NCBI GenBank assembly: GCA_018268355.1
Contig: JAFDWR010000001.1
Span: 289,797-353,796, forward strand
Reading direction: 5' to 3'
DNA from: Armatimonadota bacterium
GTDB lineage: Bacteria; Armatimonadota; Fimbriimonadia; Fimbriimonadales; Fimbriimonadaceae
DNA length: 64,000 bases
In this document: positions 1-8,349 of the stretch, piece after piece
Position numbering within the stretch: position 1 is the stretch's first letter
Layout: the number at the start of each line of letters is the position of its first letter
Notes under the pieces: model-generated
The model's input: the letters and a program-made list of their open reading frames with translations, nothing else
What the model was told of the DNA's origin: nothing
Database searches by the model: none
Made by a program: the position numbers and the translations under genes

Positions 1-2152
1 CCAGCGGGATCATGATCTCGGGCTGAACCTTTTGGCCCGCCTTGGTGAGCTTGGCGGCAGCCTGCATGATCGCCCGCGTCTGCATCTCGACGATGCCCGG
101 GAAGATGATGCTGAGGCGGACGCCGCGAAGGCCCATCATCGGGTTCGATTCGCGCATCGACTCGACTGCGCGGAGCATGGTCTCCTTCTCCTCAAGAACC
201 TTCTTGATCGCTTCGCCACCCGTTTGGTTGGCGGCAATCCGGAGCTCGGTGACCGTCGCAAGGAGGTCATCAAAGCTGGGAAGGAACTCGTGGAGAGGCG
301 GGTCGATGAGGCGGATGGTGACCGGTCGGCCTTCCATCGCCTGGAAGATGCCCTCAAAGTCCTGCTGCTGGCTGACGAGCAGCTTACTCAGCGCGGCGTT
401 GCGGACGTCTTCCGACTTCGCGAGGATCATGTCCTGGACGATCGGGAGTCGATCGGCCTCAAAGAACATGTGCTCGGTTCGACAAAGGCCGATGCCTTCA
501 GCACCGAACTCGATCGCCTGGTGAGCGTCGCGCGGGTTGTCCGCGTTGGCTCGAACGCGAAGCGTGCGGAACTCGTCGGCCCAGCTCATCAGCGTGCCAA
601 AGTAGCCGCTGATCTCCGGCTCGATGAGCGGGAGCGAACCGGCATAAAGGGTGCCCGCGCTACCGTCGATCGTGATCCAGTCGCCTTCGTTGATGACGTT
701 GCCATCCACGGTGAGGCGTCGGCTCTTGTCGTCCACATGGACGGCTTCGCAACCGGCAACGCAGGGGATGCCGAAACCACGAGCGACAACGGCGGCGTGG
801 CTGGTCTTTCCACCGCGAGCGGTGAGAATGCCCTGGGCGGCAAGCATGCCGTGAACGTCGTCGGGGTTGGTCTCATCGCGAACGAGGATGACCTTTTCGC
901 CGGCATGGCCGAGCTTTTCGGCGGTGTCGGCATCAAAGCAGGCCTTTCCGACCGCAGCACCCGGCGAGGCAGCGAGGCCAGTCGCAAGGGCGGTCGCGCC
1001 GGTCTGGTCGAGACGCGGGTGGAGAAGCTGGTCGAGGTGGCTCGCGGTGATCCGCTGGATCGCCTCTTCGCGCGAGATCAGGCCCTCTTCGACCATCTCA
1101 ACCGCGATGCGGACCGCAGCCGGACCGGTTCGCTTGCCGCTTCGGCACTGGAGCATGAACAGTCGTCCGCGCTCAATCGTGAACTCGAGGTCCTGGATGT
1201 CCTTGTAGTGCTTCTCAAGTCGGCGACCGATCTCAAAGAACTCGTCGTACAGCTTCGGGTTTTGGGCCTTGAGCTCGGTGATCGGAACCGGGGTGCGAAC
1301 GCCAGCGACGACGTCTTCGCCCTGGGCGTTCATGAGGTACTCGCCGTAAAGCTCGTTTTCGCCCGTGCTCGGGTCGCGGGTAAAGGCAACGCCGGTGCCG
1401 CAATCGTCACCGAGGTTTCCGAAGACCATCGACTGAATATTGACAGCCGTGCCGATCTCGTCGGGGATCTTCTCGGTTCGGCGATAAACGATGGCGCGGT
1501 CGTTGTTCCAGCTCTTGAAGACCGCTTCAATGGCGAGCTCAAGCTGGCGATACGGGTCGGCGGGGAAGCCTTCGCCGGTCCGGGTGAGGACGAGGGCGAG
1601 GAACTCGTTGCAAACGTGCTTGAGGTCTTCGGCGGTGAGGTCGGTGTCGAGCTTGACGCCGCGCTTGTGCTTCAGCTCGTCAAAGATCTCCTCGAATTCC
1701 TTCTTGTCGACGCCAAGGACGACGTCGCTGAACATCATGATGAAGCGACGGTTGGCGTCGTAAACGAATCGCTCGTTTCCGCTCTGCTTGACCATGCCGG
1801 TGATCGTCTGGGCGTTGAGGCCGAGGTTGAGGATCGTGTCCATCATGCCCGGCATCGAGAACTTCGATCCCGATCGGACAGAGACGAGAAGAGGGTTCTC
1901 GGGGTCGCCAAACTTCTTGCCGAGGTCCTTTTCCATGTCCGCAACGGCTTCGCGGACAGCGTCCATCAGGCCGGCGGGCAGCTTGCGACCTTCGGCGTAG
2001 TAGGCATTACAGACTTCGGTCGTGATCGTGAATCCGGGAGGGACAGGGAGACCAATGTTGGTCATCTCGGCGAGGTTTGCACCCTTGCCGCCGAGAAGGT
2101 CGCGCATGGTGGCGTTGCCCTCGCGGAAAAGGTAGACGCGCTTGTTGCTCAT
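1..2152 (-). CDS. ppdK: pyruvate, phosphate dikinase (partial; 3' end runs off window start)
   Basis: Minus-strand translation from ATG at 2150-2152 gives MSNKRVYLFREGNATMRDLLGGKGANLAEMTNIGLPVPPGFTITTEVCNAYY..., the canonical PPDK N-terminus. The frame stays open to position 1, so it is missing from the ORF track because it has no in-window stop. The 32..2164 + ORF is its antisense artefact. Confidence 0.9.
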   Translation of the reverse strand, partial: MSNKRVYLFREGNATMRDLLGGKGANLAEMTNIGLPVPPGFTITTEVCNAYYAEGRKLPAGLMDAVREAVADMEKDLGKKFGDPENPLLVSVRSGSKFSMPGMMDTILNLGLNAQTITGMVKQSGNERFVYDANRRFIMMFSDVVLGVDKKEFEEIFDELKHKRGVKLDTDLTAEDLKHVCNEFLALVLTRTGEGFPADPYRQLELAIEAVFKSWNNDRAIVYRRTEKIPDEIGTAVNIQSMVFGNLGDDCGTGVAFTRDPSTGENELYGEYLMNAQGEDVVAGVRTPVPITELKAQNPKLYDEFFEIGRRLEKHYKDIQDLEFTIERGRLFMLQCRSGKRTGPAAVRIAVEMVEEGLISREEAIQRITASHLDQLLHPRLDQTGATALATGLAASPGAAVGKACFDADTAEKLGHAGEKVILVRDETNPDDVHGMLAAQGILTARGGKTSHAAVVARGFGIPCVAGCEAVHVDDKSRRLTVDGNVINEGDWITIDGSAGTLYAGSLPLIEPEISGYFGTLMSWADEFRTLRVRANADNPRDAHQAIEFGAEGIGLCRTEHMFFEADRLPIVQDMILAKSEDVRNAALSKLLVSQQQDFEGIFQAMEGRPVTIRLIDPPLHEFLPSFDDLLATVTELRIAANQTGGEAIKKVLEEKETMLRAVESMRESNPMMGLRGVRLSIIFPGIVEMQTRAIMQAAAKLTKAGQKVQPEIMIPL

Positions 2153-2288
2153 AGGGGGTTATAAGTTCTCCGTAGCGAGAGGAGCTGGGCGCAGCGGCGA
2201 CGTTGGCGAGGCGCGGGCTCGTCCGGTGAGTTTACCTGCGCAAGATGCTCACAAAAGCCTCATCATTTCGTCTCAAACTGAACAAGAC

Positions 2289-2957
2289 ATGCGCATCTTA
2301 ATCGTAGAGGACGATCCTGGCATTGCGAGCGAGCTTGCCCTTCTCGCCGAGCGCGACGGCTACGTTGTGGCGGTCCGGCGCGACGGACAAGAGGGGCTGG
2401 AGGCCGCGGTCAGCGAGTCCTTCTCGGCGATCATCCTTGACGTGATGCTACCGACGATCGATGGCTGGACGATCTGCAGCGAGCTCCGCCGGAAGCGCAA
2501 CCCGACTCCGATCATGATGCTCACCGCACGCGATTCGGTAGAGGATCGGGTCCGAGGCCTCGAAGAAGGCGCGGATGACTACCTTCCGAAGCCGTTTGAC
2601 TCCCGTGAGTTCCTCGCGCGGCTTCGTGCCCTCGTGCGGCGCGACAAGATGAATAAGACGGGCGTGATCCAGATCGCCGACCTCGAGATTGACACTCAGG
2701 CGAAGATCGTCCGCCGCGCGGGCCAAGAACTGCGGCTGACCAAGCGCGAATTCACCCTCCTCGTCGCCCTTGCCCGCAACGAGGGCAGGACCCTTACCCG
2801 CGAGATGATCATGGAGTCAGTTTGGGATAACGAAGAGAGCATGGAAGGCACGGTGAACTTCCACGTTGCCCAGTTGCGCAAGAAGGTTGATGCGCCGTTT
2901 GACGTGAAGCTCATCCAAACCGTGCACGGCTTCGGTTACGCTTTGAAGACGCCATGA
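2289..2957 (+). CDS. OmpR-family two-component response regulator
   Basis: MRILIVEDDPGIASELA... receiver domain (DD, D at IILDVMLP, K at PKPF), followed by a winged-helix output domain (LTKREFTLLVALA...GFGYAL). I chose the internal ATG at 2289; the track ORF begins upstream at 2142. ATGA overlap with the downstream kinase. Confidence 0.85.
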   Translation: MRILIVEDDPGIASELALLAERDGYVVAVRRDGQEGLEAAVSESFSAIILDVMLPTIDGWTICSELRRKRNPTPIMMLTARDSVEDRVRGLEEGADDYLPKPFDSREFLARLRALVRRDKMNKTGVIQIADLEIDTQAKIVRRAGQELRLTKREFTLLVALARNEGRTLTREMIMESVWDNEESMEGTVNFHVAQLRKKVDAPFDVKLIQTVHGFGYALKTP

Positions 2958-4351
2958 GAGCAAAACTGATCCTCTGGAACACGGTGATCCTGCTCGCCTC
3001 GATCGTCGTCTTCGGAGTGATCCTGGTCACCGCCTCGCGGGCGCGCATGGAGAACGGGATCGATAACGATCTCATGATGCGGGCACGGTCGGGGCCGATG
3101 GCGCCCAATCCACCGGGCATCGGTCCGAACGGTAACCCAAACGGTGGACCCCAGGGTGGTCCTCAGGGCGGCCCCCAAGGTGGCCCCCAAGGCGGACCTC
3201 AGCGTGGACCCCAGGGTGGACCCCAAGGTAATCGCGACCCCCAGATGTCGCTGCGACGGCCGCGCGTGTTCTTGCTCGACGGCTCCGCGCGAAATCCCCA
3301 GGTGGACATCGAACCGTTTGACAAAGAGGCCTTGGATGCCGCGATGCACGGCCGAACGGGTTACAAGAACATCACCTACCAAGGCAACGAGCTAAGGATC
3401 TACACGATGCGGATTCCGGGTGACCCGAACGGCGACCGACCCGGATTCATCGTCCAAACCGCGCGTGAGCTGCGCGAGATCCAGGACATGCAGCGCGACC
3501 TCGTCGGCACGCTCCTCCTCGTGACGCCGGTGGCCTTGCTCCTCTCCGTTCTTGGCGCATGGTTCCTTGCGGGTCGCGCAATGAAGCCGATCGCAGTTCT
3601 CCAGAGCTCAGCCGAGGAGATCACCGCCACCGACCTTAGCAAGCGGCTTGAGGTGAAGGGGAAGGACGAGTTTGCGCGCCTCACCCAAACGCTTAACAGC
3701 ATGCTCGGGCGCGTGGAGTCCGGCGTTGACCTTGAGCGCCAAGTCTTCCGGAGCCAGCGGCAGTTCCTCGCTGATGCTTCCCACGAGATGCGGACGCCGC
3801 TCACCCGGCTGAAGCTCAGCCTCGACCAGCAGCCCGCTAATGTCGGCGCGGCCCAGCACGCGACGAAGTCGCTCGGGAGACTGGTCGATGATCTGACCCT
3901 CCTCGCGAACTCGGATGCGGGGCGACTGCCGATGAGACAAGAGAGCATCGATGCCCGCGTGGTTGTCTCCGACGCCCTCCAGCTCTTTGATGACCCGAGG
4001 GTCGATGCGGAGTTTGTGCACCACGCGGTTACCGTCCAAGCTGACGCGGATCAGCTCATGCGGCTCACGCGTAACTTGCTCGAGAATGCCCTCCGCTATG
4101 CCCGCACCAAGGTGACCGTGCGCGTGAAGGACGGGGGCCTGGAGATTGAGGACGACGGTCCGGGAATCTCATCCCAGGACCAAGAGCGGGTGTTTGATCG
4201 GTTCGTGCGGCTCGACGAAAGTCGAACGGGTCAAGAAGGCGGGGCGGGGCTGGGGCTGTCGATCGTAAAGGCGATTGCCGATGCTCACGGGTTCGAAATC
4301 AGCCTGAAATCGGAGCCCGGCAAGGGAACAACCTTTTTCTTGACCTGGTGA
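2954..4351 (+). CDS. sensor histidine kinase (2 TM, periplasmic loop, HAMP, HisKA, HATPase)
   Basis: TM1 VILLASIVVFGVILV; ~150 aa periplasmic loop; TM2 LLLVTPVALLLSVLGAWFL; H-box FLADASHEMRTPLTRL; N/G boxes (LLENALRYA, DDGPGIS, GGAGLGLSIV). Confidence 0.85.
   Translation: MRAKLILWNTVILLASIVVFGVILVTASRARMENGIDNDLMMRARSGPMAPNPPGIGPNGNPNGGPQGGPQGGPQGGPQGGPQRGPQGGPQGNRDPQMSLRRPRVFLLDGSARNPQVDIEPFDKEALDAAMHGRTGYKNITYQGNELRIYTMRIPGDPNGDRPGFIVQTARELREIQDMQRDLVGTLLLVTPVALLLSVLGAWFLAGRAMKPIAVLQSSAEEITATDLSKRLEVKGKDEFARLTQTLNSMLGRVESGVDLERQVFRSQRQFLADASHEMRTPLTRLKLSLDQQPANVGAAQHATKSLGRLVDDLTLLANSDAGRLPMRQESIDARVVVSDALQLFDDPRVDAEFVHHAVTVQADADQLMRLTRNLLENALRYARTKVTVRVKDGGLEIEDDGPGISSQDQERVFDRFVRLDESRTGQEGGAGLGLSIVKAIADAHGFEISLKSEPGKGTTFFLTW
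3143..3229 (+). repeat. in-frame 12-nt tandem repeat x7 encoding (GGPQ)n in the kinase periplasmic loop
   Basis: ggtggaccccag/ggtggtcctcag/ggcggcccccaa... translates NGGPQGGPQGGPQGGPQGGPQRGPQGGPQGN. Coordinates approximate to +/-3 nt. Confidence 0.8.
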
Positions 4352-4403
4352 GAACATTCTCGATTTCCTCATCGGAATCTCACGCCAGGAAACGAAACTA
4401 ACC

Positions 4404-5486
4404 ATGGAGAAGAAAACCATGAAGCGAAACCTCCTCATCCTCGCACTCGTGACCGTTCTGTCGGTCAGCGCCATTTCTAGACAAGCAGGTCCTGGCCGTG
4501 GTCAGGGCGGTCCTGGTGGCCAAGGCGGTCCCGGAATGGGCGGCCGAGGACAGGGCGGCCCCGGCATGGGCGGACGCCAAGGTGGCCCTGGAATGGGTCA
4601 GCGCCCCGGCGGCATGATGATGCAGGGACCGATGCTCCTCACGCTGAAGGAAGTTCAGCAGGAGCTCAACCTGTCCCAAGATCAGATCGGCCGCATCATG
4701 CAGATCCTGCCCCGACCAGGCCAGGGTGGACCTGGTGGCCAAGGTGGACCCGGCGGACCTCCTCCGCAGGGCGGCCCCGGCGGTGGTGGCTTTGGCGGCC
4801 CCGGTGGCGGTGGTCCTGGCGGCGGCGGACAGGGCGGCGCCCCCGGACAGGGTGGCCAGGGCGATCCGGGCTTCGGACCTCCTCCTCCCCCGCCTGACAC
4901 CGGTTTCGGTGGCGGCGGCGGCCAAGGTGGACCTGGTGGCGGCTTTGGCGGTCCCGGTGGACAAGGTGGACCTGGTGGACAGGGCGGCCCGGGTGGCGGC
5001 TTCGGCGGTCCTGGCGGTGGCCCCGGCGGACAAGGCGGACCTGGCGGACAGCAAGGTCAGCAGCTCGAAGCCAAGATCAAGCAGATCCTGAACGACAACC
5101 AGTACAAGCGATACCAGCAGATCGATCTGCAGGCAAAGGGTGCACTGTTCGTCGTTCGCGGTCCGAACCCGATTGCCAGGGAGCTCAACATCACTGAAGA
5201 GCAACGCGACGAGATTATGCAGGCCGTGGACCAGTTCATGCAGCAGAATCCTCCGCCCCAGCCCCAGCCGGGCCAGCAGCCGAACCCGCAGCAGATGTGG
5301 CAGCAGATGCAGGCTCGAAAGGCGCAGGTGGAGCAGATCGTCCTGAACGGCTTCAATGCCAATCAGAAGGCTCAGTGGGCTCGCCTGATCGGACCGAAGT
5401 TCAAGTTCCCGATGCCGAACTTCCAGGGGGGACCTGGTGGTCAGGGCGGCAATCGACCCGGACGCGGTGGCGGCGGCGGCAACTAA
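4404..5486 (+). CDS. secreted LTXXQ-motif (Spy/CpxP/ZraP-like) protein with long Gly/Pro/Gln-rich repeats
   Basis: Signal peptide MKRNLLILALVTVLSVSA. Helical segments LTLKEVQQELNLSQDQIGRIMQIL and LNITEEQRDEIMQAVDQFMQQ match the LTxxQ pattern. Between them lie GQGGPG/GGPGGGFGGPGG low-complexity tracts. 52 nt downstream of the kinase, same strand. Confidence 0.6.
   Translation: MEKKTMKRNLLILALVTVLSVSAISRQAGPGRGQGGPGGQGGPGMGGRGQGGPGMGGRQGGPGMGQRPGGMMMQGPMLLTLKEVQQELNLSQDQIGRIMQILPRPGQGGPGGQGGPGGPPPQGGPGGGGFGGPGGGGPGGGGQGGAPGQGGQGDPGFGPPPPPPDTGFGGGGGQGGPGGGFGGPGGQGGPGGQGGPGGGFGGPGGGPGGQGGPGGQQGQQLEAKIKQILNDNQYKRYQQIDLQAKGALFVVRGPNPIARELNITEEQRDEIMQAVDQFMQQNPPPQPQPGQQPNPQQMWQQMQARKAQVEQIVLNGFNANQKAQWARLIGPKFKFPMPNFQGGPGGQGGNRPGRGGGGGN
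4482..5049 (+). repeat. degenerate 18-nt-unit Gly/Pro/Gln coding repeats inside CDS 4404..5486
   Basis: Two tracts (aa ~27-75 and ~103-215) of GQGGPG, GGPGGGFGGPGG and PPPPPP units. The antisense ORF 4682..4900 is an artefact of this repeat. Confidence 0.7.
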
Positions 5487-5510
5487 CCGCTAGAACCGTA
5501 AAAGCAGAAT

Positions 5511-5548
5511 CGGGACCCCTCCATGTTGGAGCGGGTCCCGATTTCTTT
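5511..5548. terminator. bidirectional intrinsic terminator between convergent genes
   Basis: Hairpin cgggacccctcCATGTTggagcgggtcccg followed by atttcttt on the plus strand and flanked by an A-run upstream. Lies between the 4404..5486 (+) and 5565..6023 (-) stops. Confidence 0.6.
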
Positions 5549-5564
5549 GTGCTAATCGAGCGGC

Positions 5565-6023
5565 CTACTTCACGCGGTTGAGCGTGAGCGTTCGCTTGCC
5601 GGCGTCCTTGACCTTACTGTCGTCAGGACCGTTGACTGTCCTGGCCCGCGCCGTCATCGTCATGGAGAGCGACTTACCGTCGGCCGAGAGCGTGAGGGTT
5701 CGACCCTTCCGTTCTTTGTCCTTCGGGGTGAGGATCAGCTTTCCCTTTTCAAGCTTATAGGTCCCCGGCTCGGGCTCCAAGCCTTTGGACTTCACGTTGA
5801 ACGTTACTCCGGATGGCATCTCGAGTTCCATCTTCCAGATGTACGTACCGTCGGCCTTTAGTTCTAGGTTGAATTGCGGAGAGATCGTCATCGCCCCAGC
5901 GGGCGCATTATCCGGCAGTTTCGGGGCGGCTAGTTTGCCAGACCACTTGCCGACCACACTCGGCTGGGCAAAGGCAGGCGCGACGACGAGGGTAAGGAGA
6001 AGAGGTGCCAGTTTCCTAAGCAT
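5565..6023 (-). CDS. secreted hypothetical protein
   Basis: Internal start MLRKLAPLLLTLVVAPAFAQ gives a signal peptide. The rest is Lys/Thr-rich and looks beta-strand-like. No family recognised. Confidence 0.5.
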   Translation of the reverse strand: MLRKLAPLLLTLVVAPAFAQPSVVGKWSGKLAAPKLPDNAPAGAMTISPQFNLELKADGTYIWKMELEMPSGVTFNVKSKGLEPEPGTYKLEKGKLILTPKDKERKGRTLTLSADGKSLSMTMTARARTVNGPDDSKVKDAGKRTLTLNRVK

Positions 6024-6042
6024 GCCCCCATTACGCACGGTG

Positions 6043-6459
6043 CTAATCGTTGCTATCCCGGTCTAGGTCTCTTTTGAACACTTCGATGTGGGTTTGGCCG
6101 ATCACTTCGCCTTCGTGAAGCAGGTCGATGCGATAGATTCCCGGCTTTTCGATGGGCCGCGTGGCCTGCAGTACTTCGCCGAAGTAGCCGTAAGAGGGGC
6201 CGTAGTTCTCCCGCTTCGCAAAGTCCATTCCCATCTCCGCCTCAAAGTAGGCCCTGCCATCCTCATCGATGAGTCGGATGAGGAACACCATCGGCCCGTA
6301 CTCGTGGGGCTCGGCCTCCAGCTCCATCGTGAGATAGAACGGATCGAGCGTGGTGGGGAAGCTGTCGACCTGGATCGAGCGGAAAATGCCGAGGAGGGCA
6401 GGCGCGCCGTTCATGAACCGGTTGGCATATTCGCAACAGATCATGAACGACACGCGCAT
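6043..6459 (-). CDS. hypothetical protein tightly coupled downstream of aspS
   Basis: Start MRVSFMICCEYANRF... at 6459, 2 nt after the aspS stop (6462-6464). No family recognised. Confidence 0.5.
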   Translation of the reverse strand: MRVSFMICCEYANRFMNGAPALLGIFRSIQVDSFPTTLDPFYLTMELEAEPHEYGPMVFLIRLIDEDGRAYFEAEMGMDFAKRENYGPSYGYFGEVLQATRPIEKPGIYRIDLLHEGEVIGQTHIEVFKRDLDRDSND

Positions 6460-6461
6460 GG

Positions 6462-8258
6462 TCAGCCTTCCTTCTTGGGTGTTGGGCGCATCATGAGCCC
6501 GAGCTCCACCCACTGAGCCTCGTCCACGTCGCTCGGAGCATCCATCATCGGGTCGTAGCCGCCGCCCAACTTGGGGAAGGCCATGACTTCGCGGATGTTC
6601 TCCGTATCGGCGAGGATCATCACGAGGCGATCGATGCCGGGGGCGATGCCGCCGTGGGGAGGCGGTCCGAAGCTGAACGCATCCAGCATGTGGCCGAACC
6701 GGCTGCGTTGGGTCGCTTCGTCGATGCCGAGCAGGCTGAAAACCTTCGCTTGGATGTCCGGACGGTGGATTCGGATGGAGCCCGACGCCAATTCAAGGCC
6801 GTTGCAAACCACGTCGTAGCAGTCGGCGCGGATTCGGCCCGGATCGCTGTCGATGTAGATGAGGTCCTCGTCCTTAGGACCCGTGAACGGGTGGTGGACC
6901 GCGTCCCAACGGTTCTCGTCCTCGTTCCATTCGACAAGCGGGAAGTCGACCACCCAGCAGAACGAAAGCACGCGCGGGTCGCGAAGGCCACATCGGTCGC
7001 CGATTTCATTTCGAAGACGGTAAAGGACGTTCGAGCCCGCCATGTAAGTGTCGGCGATGAAGCAAAGCAGGTCGCCCTCTTCGACGCCGGAGACCTCTTT
7101 CAGCCGGGCTTGGAGATCGGGCGAGAAGAACTTCGCAATCGAACCTTTGAACTCGCCCTCTTCGTAGCTGAGCGAGGCCATGCCCTTCGCGCCGAACTCC
7201 TTACAGAACGATTCGAGCTCGCCGACTTCCTTTCGTGAGAGCTTTGAACCGCCCGGGAACCGGACGCCGCGCACACACGCACCGCCCGCAATCGCTCCCT
7301 TGAAGACGCCGAAGTCGCTCTCTGCGGCAATCGCCGAGATGTCGAAAAGCGGAAGGTCGAATCGAAGATCCGGCTTGTCGCAGCCGTAGAGCAGCATCGA
7401 CTCGTCGTAGGTCAGGCGTCGGAATGGCTTGACGTGCTCCTTATCGAGGCCAAACTCGTCGATGACCCCGTTGATGACGTCCATCAGCAAGCCTTCGGCG
7501 AGGTTCAGTACGTCCTCCTGGGTCACAAACGACATCTCAAGGTCGAGCTGGGTGAATTCAGGCTGCCGGTCGGCGCGCTGGCTTTCGTCGCGGAAGCACT
7601 TGGCGATTTGGTAGTAGCGCTCGATGCCACCCACCATGAGGAGCTGCTTGTATTGCTGCGGGCTCTGGGGGAGGGCATAAAACTGGCCCGGCTTGAGTCG
7701 GTAGGGCACGAGGTAGTCGCGCGCGCCTTCCGGCGTCGACCGGGTGAACATCGGGGTTTCGACCTCAAGGAAGTCGCGCGAATCGAGGAAGCTGCGCATT
7801 CGGCGCACGACCGAGGATCGCATCATCATCTTCTGCATGACCGAAGGTCGCCGCAGGTCGATGTAGCGATACTTGATGCGGATTTCCTCGCCGACGGTCT
7901 TCATCTGTTCTTCGTCGGAAATGGGGAAGGGCAGGGGGCGCGAGGGCGAGAGGACTTCGTAGCTTGAGGTCTTGATCTCGATCTCGCCGGTAGCCATCTT
8001 GGTGTTCCGGGTGGATTCGTCGCGCATCCTCACTTCGCCGCTGAGGGAAAGGCAGGTTTCCGACTTCAGGTCGCTGGCGGCAGGGAACTGCTGGGGGTCG
8101 AGGACGACTTGAACGATGCCCGAGCGGTCGCGAAGGTCGACAAAGATGACGCCGCCAAGGTCGCGGACCCGGTGGGCCCAGCCATTCAAAGTGACCGTCT
8201 TTCCGGCATGCTCAGATCGGAGCTCGCCGCACGAGTGAGTGCGTTGCACAAAAGCCAT
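6462..8258 (-). CDS. aspS: aspartate--tRNA ligase
   Basis: MAFVQRTHSCGELR...VTLNGWAHRVRDLGGVIFVDLRDRSGIVQVV (OB anticodon-binding fold); class II motifs FRDE, QLDLEMSF, GGIAPGIDRLVM. Confidence 0.95.
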   Translation of the reverse strand: MAFVQRTHSCGELRSEHAGKTVTLNGWAHRVRDLGGVIFVDLRDRSGIVQVVLDPQQFPAASDLKSETCLSLSGEVRMRDESTRNTKMATGEIEIKTSSYEVLSPSRPLPFPISDEEQMKTVGEEIRIKYRYIDLRRPSVMQKMMMRSSVVRRMRSFLDSRDFLEVETPMFTRSTPEGARDYLVPYRLKPGQFYALPQSPQQYKQLLMVGGIERYYQIAKCFRDESQRADRQPEFTQLDLEMSFVTQEDVLNLAEGLLMDVINGVIDEFGLDKEHVKPFRRLTYDESMLLYGCDKPDLRFDLPLFDISAIAAESDFGVFKGAIAGGACVRGVRFPGGSKLSRKEVGELESFCKEFGAKGMASLSYEEGEFKGSIAKFFSPDLQARLKEVSGVEEGDLLCFIADTYMAGSNVLYRLRNEIGDRCGLRDPRVLSFCWVVDFPLVEWNEDENRWDAVHHPFTGPKDEDLIYIDSDPGRIRADCYDVVCNGLELASGSIRIHRPDIQAKVFSLLGIDEATQRSRFGHMLDAFSFGPPPHGGIAPGIDRLVMILADTENIREVMAFPKLGGGYDPMMDAPSDVDEAQWVELGLMMRPTPKKEG

Positions 8259-8296
8259 GGAAGGTCCCTAGGATACCCGTGGGGACCTAAACCGAA

Positions 8297-8326
8297 GACG
8301 GGCAGTGGATTCATCCACTGCCCGTC
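8297..8326 (-). terminator. hairpin downstream of the PEP-CTERM gene
   Basis: gacgggcagtggaTTCAtccactgcccgtc, a perfect 13-bp stem. Only a weak U-tract on the minus strand. Confidence 0.4.
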
Positions 8327-8349
8327 TGGAGGGTGAAGCTAGCCGAGGC

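Noticed and set aside
32-2164. 710-aa plus-strand ORF at the window start
   Set aside because: Arg/Asp/Gly/Leu-rich nonsense composition. It is the antisense frame of the minus-strand ppdK gene, whose translation (MSNKRVYLFREG...GLPVPPGFTITTE) is unmistakable.
4682-4900. Pro-rich 72-aa minus-strand ORF and similar 40201..40404 plus ORF
   Set aside because: Antisense translations of Gly-rich (GGPGG) and Thr/Gly-rich coding repeats, which produce poly-Pro and poly-Val-Pro artefacts.
3143-5049. Tandem nucleotide repeats considered as a possible CRISPR array or VNTR outside genes
   Set aside because: They are in-frame codon repeats (12-nt and ~18-nt units) inside two CDSs. There are no unique spacers and no cas genes.
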